Origin: an uncultured Candidatus Saccharimonadales bacterium
Lineage (GTDB): Bacteria; Patescibacteriota; Saccharimonadia; UBA4664
Reading direction: 5' to 3'
Assembly (NCBI GenBank): GCA_964609585.1
Contig: CAZSRA010000001.1
Coordinates: 45,816-109,815, forward strand
Length of the DNA stretch: 64,000 bases
Position 1 is the first letter of the stretch; each line of letters begins with the position of its first letter. Both the position numbers and the translations under genes were made by a program. This document shows, piece after piece, positions 17,201 to 25,520 of the stretch. Under the pieces are notes generated by a model that was not told where the DNA came from, made no database searches, and saw only the letters and a list, made by a program, of their open reading frames with translations.

Positions 17201-18019
17201 ATGAGACGATGGAATCGCCAGGTTGTGATTGTTGTGGCCCTATGTTTGGGGGTTTCGGGTATGGCTCATGCGACGCTGGGTGATCCGACTTCAACGTCGA
17301 CGAGTTATAAGGTCGTGGAAAGCGAGATAGGTGGAAGTGGCTGCGCAAATAAGACTGTTCCAGCTTGCGGCGGTTCGACCTCGTATTCGCTCGACCCGAA
17401 TGTGGATGATGGCGGTTCGACGTTGGGTGATACGGCTGTTGGAAACTCGAGTTCGACGAGTTATCAGACGAACAGCGGCTTTGATACTACGGCGCAACCG
17501 GGGCTTACAATGACAGTAAGCGGGACGCCTGCGGACTTGGGGGCGCTTTCGACGTCTGCGGCGAGTACTGCGACAGCGACTTTTAATGTTAAGAACTATA
17601 CGGCTTGGGGTTATGCAGTGCAGATCATAGGTTCGCCCCCGACCAACAGTGGACATGCGCTAACAGCTATGACGACAACTTCATATGGTGATGCTTCGGT
17701 AAATAATACGGAGCAGTTTGGACTGAACCTTGTGCACAATACGAGCCCAGTGGCTGTAGGGACTAATCCGGCTCAGATACCAAGCAGTTCGTTTAGCTAT
17801 GGCGTAGCAGGAGATGGCGCAACTGGGACATTTGGTACTAACCGGCCATATACCGTCGATGGACGATACCGGTTTGTGTCGGGGGAGACTGTGGCGAGTG
17901 CGCCAAAGTCTTCAGGTGAGACGGATTATACGATAACGTTTTTAGCGAATATGGGGCCGACAACGCCGGGTGGTAAATATAGTGGAGCATTGCAAATTGT
18001 GGCAACGGGGACTTATTGA
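17201..18019 (+). CDS. Secreted beta-rich protein, paralog family member P1 (272 aa).
   Basis: Signal peptide MRRWNRQVVIVVALCLGVSGMAHA. Shared motifs with P2-P4 are 'EQFGLNLVHN' and a C-terminal strand 'GGKYSGALQIVATGTY' that ends exactly at the stop. Confidence 0.7.
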   Translation: MRRWNRQVVIVVALCLGVSGMAHATLGDPTSTSTSYKVVESEIGGSGCANKTVPACGGSTSYSLDPNVDDGGSTLGDTAVGNSSSTSYQTNSGFDTTAQPGLTMTVSGTPADLGALSTSAASTATATFNVKNYTAWGYAVQIIGSPPTNSGHALTAMTTTSYGDASVNNTEQFGLNLVHNTSPVAVGTNPAQIPSSSFSYGVAGDGATGTFGTNRPYTVDGRYRFVSGETVASAPKSSGETDYTITFLANMGPTTPGGKYSGALQIVATGTY

Positions 18020-18023
18020 CGCG

Positions 18024-18048
18024 TTTATAATGCTTATGTTAGGCTGAC
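18024..18048 (+). promoter_or_regulatory. Conserved promoter-like motif with a plus-strand TATAAT (18026-18031) upstream of P2.
   Basis: About 20 of 29 nt are identical to the motif at 17101-17129. Confidence 0.35.
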
Positions 18049-18103
18049 TGTAGTTATTGCGTAGATGGCTGTAAAAGCGTAAGGGTAAAGGAAAACTGAG
18101 ACA

Positions 18104-19234
18104 ATGAATAAGAGAGAGATTTTAAGAGCTCACTATATCGGGTTGCTGAGAAAGGCGATGAACTGGGCTGGGCTTTTTGCCTTACTCTCTACGACACTCA
18201 TGGCGAGCCCGGTGAGTGCTACGGCTGGTGTGCTTGGCACAAGGAGTTCTACGCTCAACAACTCAAAGGGTGCGGCAACAAACGTTACGTCCACATTTCT
18301 TGTGACTCCTGGTACGAGCGCAACAATTAAGGGTGTGAAGTTTTCTTTGTGTACTTCGCCGCTTCTGTCTGTCTCATGTGCATCACCCGCAGGAGCGACT
18401 CTGGCTGCTGCTACGGCTGGATCGCAGCTAAAGAATGCTGGTGCTATCACAAACCCCTACGCTAGCCCGGCATACACAAGCACGACCGATGTGTGTTTTA
18501 CGAACGCTACCGGTAACGCTTTTAACGGCTCGTCGGACACGTTTACTTTTCCGCTTCAGGTTATAAGCTTGCCAACAGCCGTAAATACTCAGTTCTACTT
18601 CCGTGAGCAAACGTTCTCTAGTGCTGACTGTACCACGACTGCAGTTGACTTTGGTGGCTTTGCCGAGTCGACAACTCAGCAGCTTTCTGTGACAGCGAGC
18701 GTTCAAGAAAACTTGGCATTTTGTGTAGGTAACGCGAACCCTTCAGGTACATGTGCATCGATTGGGACTGGTACTGTAACCTTAAGCCCATCTGTTATGA
18801 CAACGAGCGCTCCGTCGATTGGTAACGCTTGGATGATGGTAACGACCAATGCTGGTACAGGTTATGTCATTACGTATAACGCAACTTCGTTTACTGATAC
18901 GACCTCCGATACCATCACAGCTGCTCCATCGGGTGGAGCTGCCCTTGGAGCAGGCGGCAGTGAACAGTTTGGCTTCAACTTGGTGGCAAACTCGGGTGGT
19001 AACTTCGGAACGTTCGGTGCTGCGCCAACGAACAGTGGTGCCGCAACGAGCCCCTATGGCACTAACAACCAGGTGGCCTATAACACTGCGGGCGCTACGC
19101 AGGTTGCGAGCTTTGGTAGCCCGACCGCGAGTCCGCAGACCTACACCATCTCATACGGTGCTAACGTAGCAGCTACTACTAAGGCTGGTGTTTACACATC
19201 GACGCAGACGTTTATCGCGACCGGCACTTTTTAA
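18104..19234 (+). CDS. Secreted beta-rich protein, paralog P2 (376 aa). An alternative start at 18158 is possible.
   Basis: The hydrophobic signal is LFALLSTTLMASPVSATAG. Shared motifs are 'EQFGFNLVANSGG' and the C-terminus 'AGVYTSTQTFIATGTF'. Confidence 0.7.
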   Translation: MNKREILRAHYIGLLRKAMNWAGLFALLSTTLMASPVSATAGVLGTRSSTLNNSKGAATNVTSTFLVTPGTSATIKGVKFSLCTSPLLSVSCASPAGATLAAATAGSQLKNAGAITNPYASPAYTSTTDVCFTNATGNAFNGSSDTFTFPLQVISLPTAVNTQFYFREQTFSSADCTTTAVDFGGFAESTTQQLSVTASVQENLAFCVGNANPSGTCASIGTGTVTLSPSVMTTSAPSIGNAWMMVTTNAGTGYVITYNATSFTDTTSDTITAAPSGGAALGAGGSEQFGFNLVANSGGNFGTFGAAPTNSGAATSPYGTNNQVAYNTAGATQVASFGSPTASPQTYTISYGANVAATTKAGVYTSTQTFIATGTF

Positions 19235-19247
19235 CCACTCGTCTTTC

Positions 19248-19281
19248 AAATACACGCACTTGGAATGGTGCGTGTATTTTT
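19248..19281 (+). terminator. Rho-independent terminator after P2.
   Basis: Stem aaatacacgcac pairs with gtgcgtgtattt across loop ttggaatg and is followed by a T-tract. The RBS aggagag lies before ATG 19297. Confidence 0.65.
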
Positions 19282-19296
19282 AATCAGGAGAGAGAT

Positions 19297-21057
19297 ATGA
19301 AGCAATTTATCCGTTTCAGGAGTCGCACGAAAAAATCGCTTGCTGTGGTCGCAACATTGGTGATTGAAATGGGTAGCTTGTTTCTGCCAGCAATGTCAGG
19401 GGTTGCTCAGGCGTCGCCTAGTATTACTGAGTATTCTGTTCCGACAGCTAGCGCCACGCCGGAGGGGATAACATTTGGTCCTGACGGGGCTTCTTGGTTT
19501 GTAGAATACAGCGGTAATAACATCGGACGTATTGATGCGGATGGTTCTGTTGTAGAATATGCGATCCCGACAAGCGGTGCTAACCCTTACAGTATTACGA
19601 CTGGGCCAGATAATGCTCTTTGGTTTACGGAATTTAGCAGCGGCAAAATTGGACGTATCACTACGTCGGGTACTATAACGGAGTTTTCAATCCCTTCGAG
19701 CACCCCGCGGCCGTATGGTATCGCCACTGGGCCCGATGGGGCTTTGTGGTTTACTGAGACCAACGCAGGAAAAATCGGGCGAATTACTACTTCGGGTAAT
19801 ATTACTGAGTTTAGTATTACGGGTAGTTTGACTCTTGTTCCGACTGGCATTGCTTCCGGTTCAGACGGCGCTCTCTGGTTTGCAAATTATTCAGACAATA
19901 GCATTGGCCGCATCACGACGAATGGGGTGGTTACGATATACCATATTCCGTCGACTGCTCAAGGTGGAGCTACGACTGGACCTTACGAAATTACAAACGG
20001 ACCCGATGGCGCCTTATGGTTTAGCGAGCTTTCCAACGCGAATCACATTGGCAGGATTACTACTTCGGGTGTAATAACCGAATTTCCGATACCGACATCA
20101 TCTGCATACCCTCTAGGGATTACGGTGGGATCGGATGGGGCTCTATGGTTTACTGAACTCGCAGGAAATAAAATTGGTCATATAACGACTTCGGGTGATG
20201 TGACTGAGATTTCAGTACCGACGGATGGTGCTGAGCCGGCTGAGATTACGGCGGGAGCTAATGGTTCGTTATGGTTTACGGAGGACACCGGAAAGATCGG
20301 TTATATCTCTACTGCACCAGTTGCATCATCTGCTCCGACTGGTTTGAGCGCTGTAACTCCTACAAATAATGCTCCGGTTCTAACTTGGAACTCGGTACCT
20401 ACGGCTGCGAGCTACCAGGTGTGGCGGCAGGATACTTTGACTGGCTTGACGGTGGAGGCGGCATCTAATGTGGCGACGAATAATTTCACGGATGTGTATT
20501 CGCCGGGCGTCTACAATTATACGGTGGTGGCTGTGAATGGTGCCGGGGCAATGAGCGCGCCGTCGACGGCTTTTCAGGTGGCGGTTACGAATACGGCAGC
20601 GACAAACTCACGCAATCTTATGGCCCAGGGTCAGTCCCAGGTGCTACCTGCTTTTGGTAGGGACATTTTGCCTGGTTTGGCTTCTGGTAATGCAATTCAA
20701 GCTTCGTTTGACTTTGATTTGGGGTATCCGGGTGGTGTGTTTACGGTAACTCGTCCACTTACTTTTACGTTTAATGCTGGTGGACACACGTTGTTCATTG
20801 CTGCAACAAGCTCCGATTGGTTGGTGATAAATGGTGCGAATAACGCTCAAGGGACATTCCAGGGGGTTGCTAGGGTTGATCTTGATAATGTGACGACGGC
20901 TGGACTGCCTTACACGGTGACGGCGGTGGATGGTATGCAGGCTGGGGGCGGTGTGTCTAGTAGCTTTAAACTTACGGTTTTTGCCGATAGCTCTCGTTCT
21001 ACCGTTTTGTATTCGGTAAACGGACCGCTGACAAAAGGCAAGATTAAGGTGAATTAG
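19297..21057 (+). CDS. Secreted protein with a 7-bladed Vgb-like (streptogramin-lyase-type, COG4257) beta-propeller, then an FN3-like domain and a C-terminal domain of unknown function.
   Basis: The blade repeat 'ITE(F/Y)(S/P)(I/V)P...P(Y/E)GIT.GPDGALWFTE...(N/G)KIGRITTSG' occurs seven times. 'PTGLSAVTPTNNAPVLTWNSVPTAASYQVWRQ' is FN3-like. An N-terminal signal peptide is present. Confidence 0.75.
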   Translation: MKQFIRFRSRTKKSLAVVATLVIEMGSLFLPAMSGVAQASPSITEYSVPTASATPEGITFGPDGASWFVEYSGNNIGRIDADGSVVEYAIPTSGANPYSITTGPDNALWFTEFSSGKIGRITTSGTITEFSIPSSTPRPYGIATGPDGALWFTETNAGKIGRITTSGNITEFSITGSLTLVPTGIASGSDGALWFANYSDNSIGRITTNGVVTIYHIPSTAQGGATTGPYEITNGPDGALWFSELSNANHIGRITTSGVITEFPIPTSSAYPLGITVGSDGALWFTELAGNKIGHITTSGDVTEISVPTDGAEPAEITAGANGSLWFTEDTGKIGYISTAPVASSAPTGLSAVTPTNNAPVLTWNSVPTAASYQVWRQDTLTGLTVEAASNVATNNFTDVYSPGVYNYTVVAVNGAGAMSAPSTAFQVAVTNTAATNSRNLMAQGQSQVLPAFGRDILPGLASGNAIQASFDFDLGYPGGVFTVTRPLTFTFNAGGHTLFIAATSSDWLVINGANNAQGTFQGVARVDLDNVTTAGLPYTVTAVDGMQAGGGVSSSFKLTVFADSSRSTVLYSVNGPLTKGKIKVN

Positions 21058-21148
21058 ACGCTCGTTTTGAGTATGAGGTTCGTTGACTGTTCTCACCTAG
21101 GCGCGTAGTATAAGCTTAAGCAATTTATATGAGCTTGTTTTGTAGATT

Positions 21149-22261
21149 ATGAAAATAAAAAACCTGCTTGCTAGAAGTCTGATTGTAATGATTGCGGTGG
21201 CGCTTGTGCCTGCATTTGTGAGCGAGGCAGCGCAGCCCACAAACCGGGTGTTGGCACTAGGAAGTTCGGCTACTAGTGCGGTTACGACATACGCGTTTAG
21301 TTTTAAACCTGCAACGACCGGGAATATTGGGGCGATAAAATTTGAGGTTTGCGACTCGCCACTTGAGGCTTTTGGTTGTGTGAATACGGGCGACTCAAAT
21401 GGTGTTAGTTTTACTTCCAGTGGCGCGAGTATCCAAAGTCAATCAGGTATTTCGGGTTTTACGGCTGGTACGGGGACACCGCCCGCTCCTACTACAAATA
21501 CGTTTTGGATTACAAATGGCACACCGCAGAATATAAATTCGAGTACGACAGTAACGGTAACATTTCAAAATGTGCGGAACCCTTCAGCTGCAAATAAGGA
21601 GTTTTATGGCCGGATGACGACTTATTCGGATTCGGCAGGAACTGCTGAGGTAGATTTTGGGGCAGTCGCAGTGGATACGGTGAGTCAAATTACGGTAACG
21701 GGTAATATGCCCGAGAGCCTGGTGTTTTGTGTGGGGACGAGTGGGACGGACTGCACGAATCTCACAGGAACGGCCGTAACGCTCGGGACGTTTTCGCCGG
21801 TGAGTACAAATGTGGGCACGAGTTTGATGAGTGCGAGTACAAATGCTGGTTTTGGATATGCGATTACGCTCGTGGGAACGACGCTCACGAGTGGGTCGAA
21901 TACGATTCCGGCTATGGGGACGCAGTCGCTGAACTCGACTGGCTGTGCAGTGAGCTGTACGTCGGCTACGGGGACGAGCCAGTTTGGTTCGAATGTGCGG
22001 GCGAATAATGTGGCGTCTGCCGGTGGAGTCTTTGGGGCGGACGTGACGCCAACGGGGGCTGGTTTTAACGGTGTAGGAGCGGGCGGGTACAATACGGCAA
22101 ATTCGTTTCGGTTTTTTAATGGTGATACGGTGGCGAATTCGGGTGGAACAACGTCTAAGGCACAGTTATTTACCAATTCGTATCTGGTGAATGTAGGTGG
22201 GGATCAGGCCGCGGGAGTGTATACAGCTACGATGACTTATATCTGTACGGCGACGTTCTAA
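21149..22261 (+). CDS. Secreted beta-rich protein, paralog P3 (370 aa).
   Basis: Signal MKIKNLLARSLIVMIAVALVPAFVSEAA. Shared motifs are 'SQFGSNVRANNV' and the C-terminus 'AGVYTATMTYICTATF'. Confidence 0.7.
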   Translation: MKIKNLLARSLIVMIAVALVPAFVSEAAQPTNRVLALGSSATSAVTTYAFSFKPATTGNIGAIKFEVCDSPLEAFGCVNTGDSNGVSFTSSGASIQSQSGISGFTAGTGTPPAPTTNTFWITNGTPQNINSSTTVTVTFQNVRNPSAANKEFYGRMTTYSDSAGTAEVDFGAVAVDTVSQITVTGNMPESLVFCVGTSGTDCTNLTGTAVTLGTFSPVSTNVGTSLMSASTNAGFGYAITLVGTTLTSGSNTIPAMGTQSLNSTGCAVSCTSATGTSQFGSNVRANNVASAGGVFGADVTPTGAGFNGVGAGGYNTANSFRFFNGDTVANSGGTTSKAQLFTNSYLVNVGGDQAAGVYTATMTYICTATF

Positions 22262-23406
22262 TGAAGACTTTGCGCAGCGTATTGCGGCGTCACAATCTCC
22301 GCTTCGCATTCGGGGTACGTCTGAGTACTCCTCATTTGCGATGCTCATTGTTCCTTGCACTCCATCTGCGCAAAGCCTTCATTAATGCAGCTACATTGCG
22401 GCGCTCACTGGCTTGGATGCTGGTGTGGGCGCTGGGGCTAGTGCCGTTTACGGCATCGGCGGCGGGTTTGTCGCCGCGCAACATTGCGGTGGGATCGAGT
22501 GCGCAAGGGGTGACGACGAGCTATACGGCGAATTTCACGACAGCAACGACGGCCAATATTGGCTCGATTAAGTTTGCTTTTTGTGATAGTGCCACGGGTA
22601 CGTGCAATGTGCCGGCGGGGGTGGTGACGACATCGGCGACGCTATCGGCGCAGTCGGGAGCGGTCGGGTTTTCGATGGTGAATGCGACGAACGGCGCACC
22701 TTACATTACGCGCGGGGCGGCGAATTTGAATAGCGGCACGGCGGTGAGTTATACGCTGGGCTCGATTACGAACCCAGCAGCGACCAATACCAGCTACTAT
22801 GTGCGGATTACGACATATACGGGGTCGGACGGAGCTACCGGGGCGACTGATACGGGTACGGTGGCGCTCAGCACAGCTCAGCCGGTGCAGCTTACCGGGG
22901 TGACGCCGGAGATTTTGGTATTTTGTGCTGGTACGTCGATTACGAGTGACTGCACGACGGTATCGGGTAATACGATTGATTTTGGGGACTTTTCGCCGGT
23001 AGGGACGCGTAGTGGTACGAGCGTAATGCAGGCGCAGACGAATGCAGCGAACGGTTACTCGATAACGGTGAACGGTACCACGCTGTCGTCGGGCATCAAT
23101 ACGATTCCGGCGCTGGCGTCGCAGACGGCGAGTGCTCTGGGGGTGGGTCAATTTGGGCTGAATGTACGGGCTAATACGGTGCCGGCGGTGGGGGCGGATC
23201 CAACGGGCAGCGGGAGTGGGACGTTTTCGGCGAACTATGGCACAGCCAACCTATACCGATTTGTGAGTGGGGATAGTGTGGCCCAGGCAGCGGCGCCAAC
23301 GAACGCAAATACGTTTACTTCGAGTTATATTGTAAATATTGGTGGAGCGCAGGCAGCGGGCGTGTATACGGCGACAATGACGTATATTTGTACAGCTAGT
23401 TTTTAG
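22261..23406 (+). CDS. Secreted beta-rich protein, paralog P4. It is the closest paralog of P3. The true start is probably TTG 22396 or ATG 22420, which gives a normal signal peptide.
   Basis: ATG 22261 overlaps the P3 stop (TAATG), but it would add a 45-aa Arg-rich N-extension. The region 'RRSLAWMLVWALGLVPFTASAAG' aligns to the P3 signal peptide. The C-terminus is 'AGVYTATMTYICTASF'. Confidence 0.6.
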   Translation: MKTLRSVLRRHNLRFAFGVRLSTPHLRCSLFLALHLRKAFINAATLRRSLAWMLVWALGLVPFTASAAGLSPRNIAVGSSAQGVTTSYTANFTTATTANIGSIKFAFCDSATGTCNVPAGVVTTSATLSAQSGAVGFSMVNATNGAPYITRGAANLNSGTAVSYTLGSITNPAATNTSYYVRITTYTGSDGATGATDTGTVALSTAQPVQLTGVTPEILVFCAGTSITSDCTTVSGNTIDFGDFSPVGTRSGTSVMQAQTNAANGYSITVNGTTLSSGINTIPALASQTASALGVGQFGLNVRANTVPAVGADPTGSGSGTFSANYGTANLYRFVSGDSVAQAAAPTNANTFTSSYIVNIGGAQAAGVYTATMTYICTASF

Positions 23407-23451
23407 CTTCAGGGTTGCACATGATCTGGGCTTTGGGATACACTTCAGGTA

Positions 23452-24432
23452 ATGCTTAAGAAGTTTGTGAGTGGTGTTATGTTGGCGGGGAGTGCAGTTG
23501 TGGCACTCTCATCTTGGGCGGTGGCTGCGACGCCACCGACAGGTGCGTCTACGGGTTCGCCGGGGCAGGGACTTGAGATTTCGCCGCCGGTGATTGAGCT
23601 GTCGGCTGATCCGGGTCAAACGGTAACGGCTAGCATTCGTGTTCGCAATGTGACTCAGGGCGAGCTGATCGCGAAGGGTAAGGCCGATGACTTTGGCGCC
23701 AGTACGGATGAGACGGGTCAGCCGAGGCTGCTCCTCGATGAGACGGGTGAGACCCGGTTTTCTTTGAAATATTGGGTACAGGGTGTGCCGGATTTGCGGC
23801 TCGCACCACAAGAGTTGAAAACGAACGTCGTTAAGATTGTGGTCCCGGCAAATGCGGAACCGGGCGGACATTTTGGGGTGATCCGGTTTACCGCGGTACC
23901 GCCAGATTTAAATGGTACGGGTGTGGCGTTGTCGGCTAGTGTTGGGGCGCTTGTGCTCCTGAAGGTAAGCGGGACCATTACTGAAAAGGTGAGCTTGGCG
24001 GAGTTTTCAGCCCTTCAGGGTGGAAAGAAAAGCGGCTTTTTTGAGCATGGGCCGATAGACTTTTTGGTGCGGGTGCGAAATGAGGGGAGTGTGCACGAGA
24101 AGGCTCAGGGCAGCATTTCGGTGACCAATTGGCAAGGTAAGCAGATTGCATCGATACCGGTGAATGCAAAGGGTGGGAATGTATTGCCGGATAGTATTCG
24201 GCGATTTGAGCAGAGTTTGAGCGAAAAGCAACTATTCGGGCATTATTCCGCTAAATTAGCTTTGAATTATGGTGGTGGCAAGCTGCTAAGTGCATCGCTT
24301 GGGTTTTGGGTGATTCCGTGGAAGCTTATCCTGCTGGTTTTGCTCGGAATTATCGTAGTAGGCTATCTGCTTAGAATTGGCCTACGTAAGTACAATGAGC
24401 ATATTATTGCGCAAGCAAGACGTCGCCGCTAA
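23452..24432 (+). CDS. Cell-surface protein (326 aa) with an N-terminal signal peptide and a C-terminal TM anchor plus basic tail. It is DUF916/DUF3324-like (CscA-like).
   Basis: Signal MLKKFVSGVMLAGSAVVALSSWAVAA. 'ISPPVIELSADPGQTVTASIRVRNVTQGEL' fits the DUF916-type pattern (..PGQ.qtl.v.v.N.s..). The C-terminal 'WKLILLVLLGIIVVGYLLRIGLRKYNEHIIAQARRRR' is a TM helix followed by a charged tail. Confidence 0.45.
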   Translation: MLKKFVSGVMLAGSAVVALSSWAVAATPPTGASTGSPGQGLEISPPVIELSADPGQTVTASIRVRNVTQGELIAKGKADDFGASTDETGQPRLLLDETGETRFSLKYWVQGVPDLRLAPQELKTNVVKIVVPANAEPGGHFGVIRFTAVPPDLNGTGVALSASVGALVLLKVSGTITEKVSLAEFSALQGGKKSGFFEHGPIDFLVRVRNEGSVHEKAQGSISVTNWQGKQIASIPVNAKGGNVLPDSIRRFEQSLSEKQLFGHYSAKLALNYGGGKLLSASLGFWVIPWKLILLVLLGIIVVGYLLRIGLRKYNEHIIAQARRRR

Positions 24433-24456
24433 GCCGCTTGTGCTAAACTGTGAAGC

Positions 24457-25413
24457 ATGAAAGCTGGTTTATTACAGCTCGTAGCGCACGAGCATAGTGG
24501 CAAAATGCGGCCGCATGCTCACACTTCGTATGCGAGCCTTGTGTTTTTGTTGATCTTGAGCGGTATAGTGCTGCTGGCCTCAAGTCTGGCTGTGCAGGCG
24601 GCACCACCGGCGGTAAATCCGCAGAGCGGCTCGGTGGGTCTATCTGGAACCGTGCCGGGACCGCCGCCTACGACGTCGGCGGTGATTTTGAGCCCGCAGT
24701 CGGGTTCGCATGTTTCGAGTAGCCCGGTGACGGTGTCTGGGACGTGTCCGTTGCATACGTTTGTGAGCGTAGAAAACAATCAGGTATTCGCGGGCGTAAC
24801 GAGTTGTGGGGCGAATGGGACATTTTCGCTATCTATAGATTTGTTTGCTGGAGCGAATGTACTTGTGGCTAGGGTGTCGGATGCGCTTGGGCAATTTGGG
24901 CCGGATTCGGCCGCGGTAACTGTATTTTATGATGTGTCTAGTCCGAGTTTGGCTGGTGGTTTGGCGGGGAAGCCGTTGTTTTTGCAGTCGACTTCGATGG
25001 TGCTCGGCACAAGTCCTGCTCAGATTCTGGTGCGGAGCGTGACGATCGTTGGGGGTGTGGGGCCGTACGCCGTTAGTTTTGATTGGGGAGATGGCAAGAG
25101 TGATCTTGTGAGTACAGAGGCCGAGGGTGCAGTGGAGGGTCGTCATGCGTATAGCCAGCCGGGCAATTATCAGGTGATTGTAAGGGCGACAGACGCTCGG
25201 GGCAACAATGCCTTACTTGAGCTTGTGACGGTGGTGAATGGGCCAATCGCCGCATACGGCGCAAATAACGATACAGGACTGGGTGCAATGCCCGGGGTAC
25301 TCTTGACGGCTTGGCCTTTGTACACTTTGGCTTTTTTTATGGTTGGGTTTTTTTGGCTCGGTGAGCGGCACGAAAATCGCAAATCGCGACGCAATCAGTT
25401 GCATTTGCAATAG
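24457..25413 (+). CDS. Membrane-anchored protein with Ig-like domains, a PKD domain and a C-terminal TM helix.
   Basis: PKD signature 'VSFDWGDGKSDL...GRHAYSQPGNYQVIVRATDARGN'. The N-terminal hydrophobic segment is SLVFLLILSGIVLLASSLA. The C-terminal helix is LLTAWPLYTLAFFMVGFFWL. Confidence 0.7.
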   Translation: MKAGLLQLVAHEHSGKMRPHAHTSYASLVFLLILSGIVLLASSLAVQAAPPAVNPQSGSVGLSGTVPGPPPTTSAVILSPQSGSHVSSSPVTVSGTCPLHTFVSVENNQVFAGVTSCGANGTFSLSIDLFAGANVLVARVSDALGQFGPDSAAVTVFYDVSSPSLAGGLAGKPLFLQSTSMVLGTSPAQILVRSVTIVGGVGPYAVSFDWGDGKSDLVSTEAEGAVEGRHAYSQPGNYQVIVRATDARGNNALLELVTVVNGPIAAYGANNDTGLGAMPGVLLTAWPLYTLAFFMVGFFWLGERHENRKSRRNQLHLQ

Positions 25414-25460
25414 GGTAGTAAATTAGGCTTGTCTAAGGCAATTTTCAGCATGAACAATGC

Positions 25461-25489
25461 TTGTGCTTGAGCTCAAGAAGGCCTATAAT
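25461..25489 (+). promoter_or_regulatory. Sigma70-like promoter for the 2452-aa giant gene.
   Basis: -35 ttgtgc (25461-25466), a 17-nt spacer, -10 tataat (25484-25489). The RBS agagg lies 6 nt before ATG 25521. Confidence 0.5.
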
Positions 25490-25520
25490 TTGTACGTTAG
25501 TTATAGTTTGCTAGAGGTAC

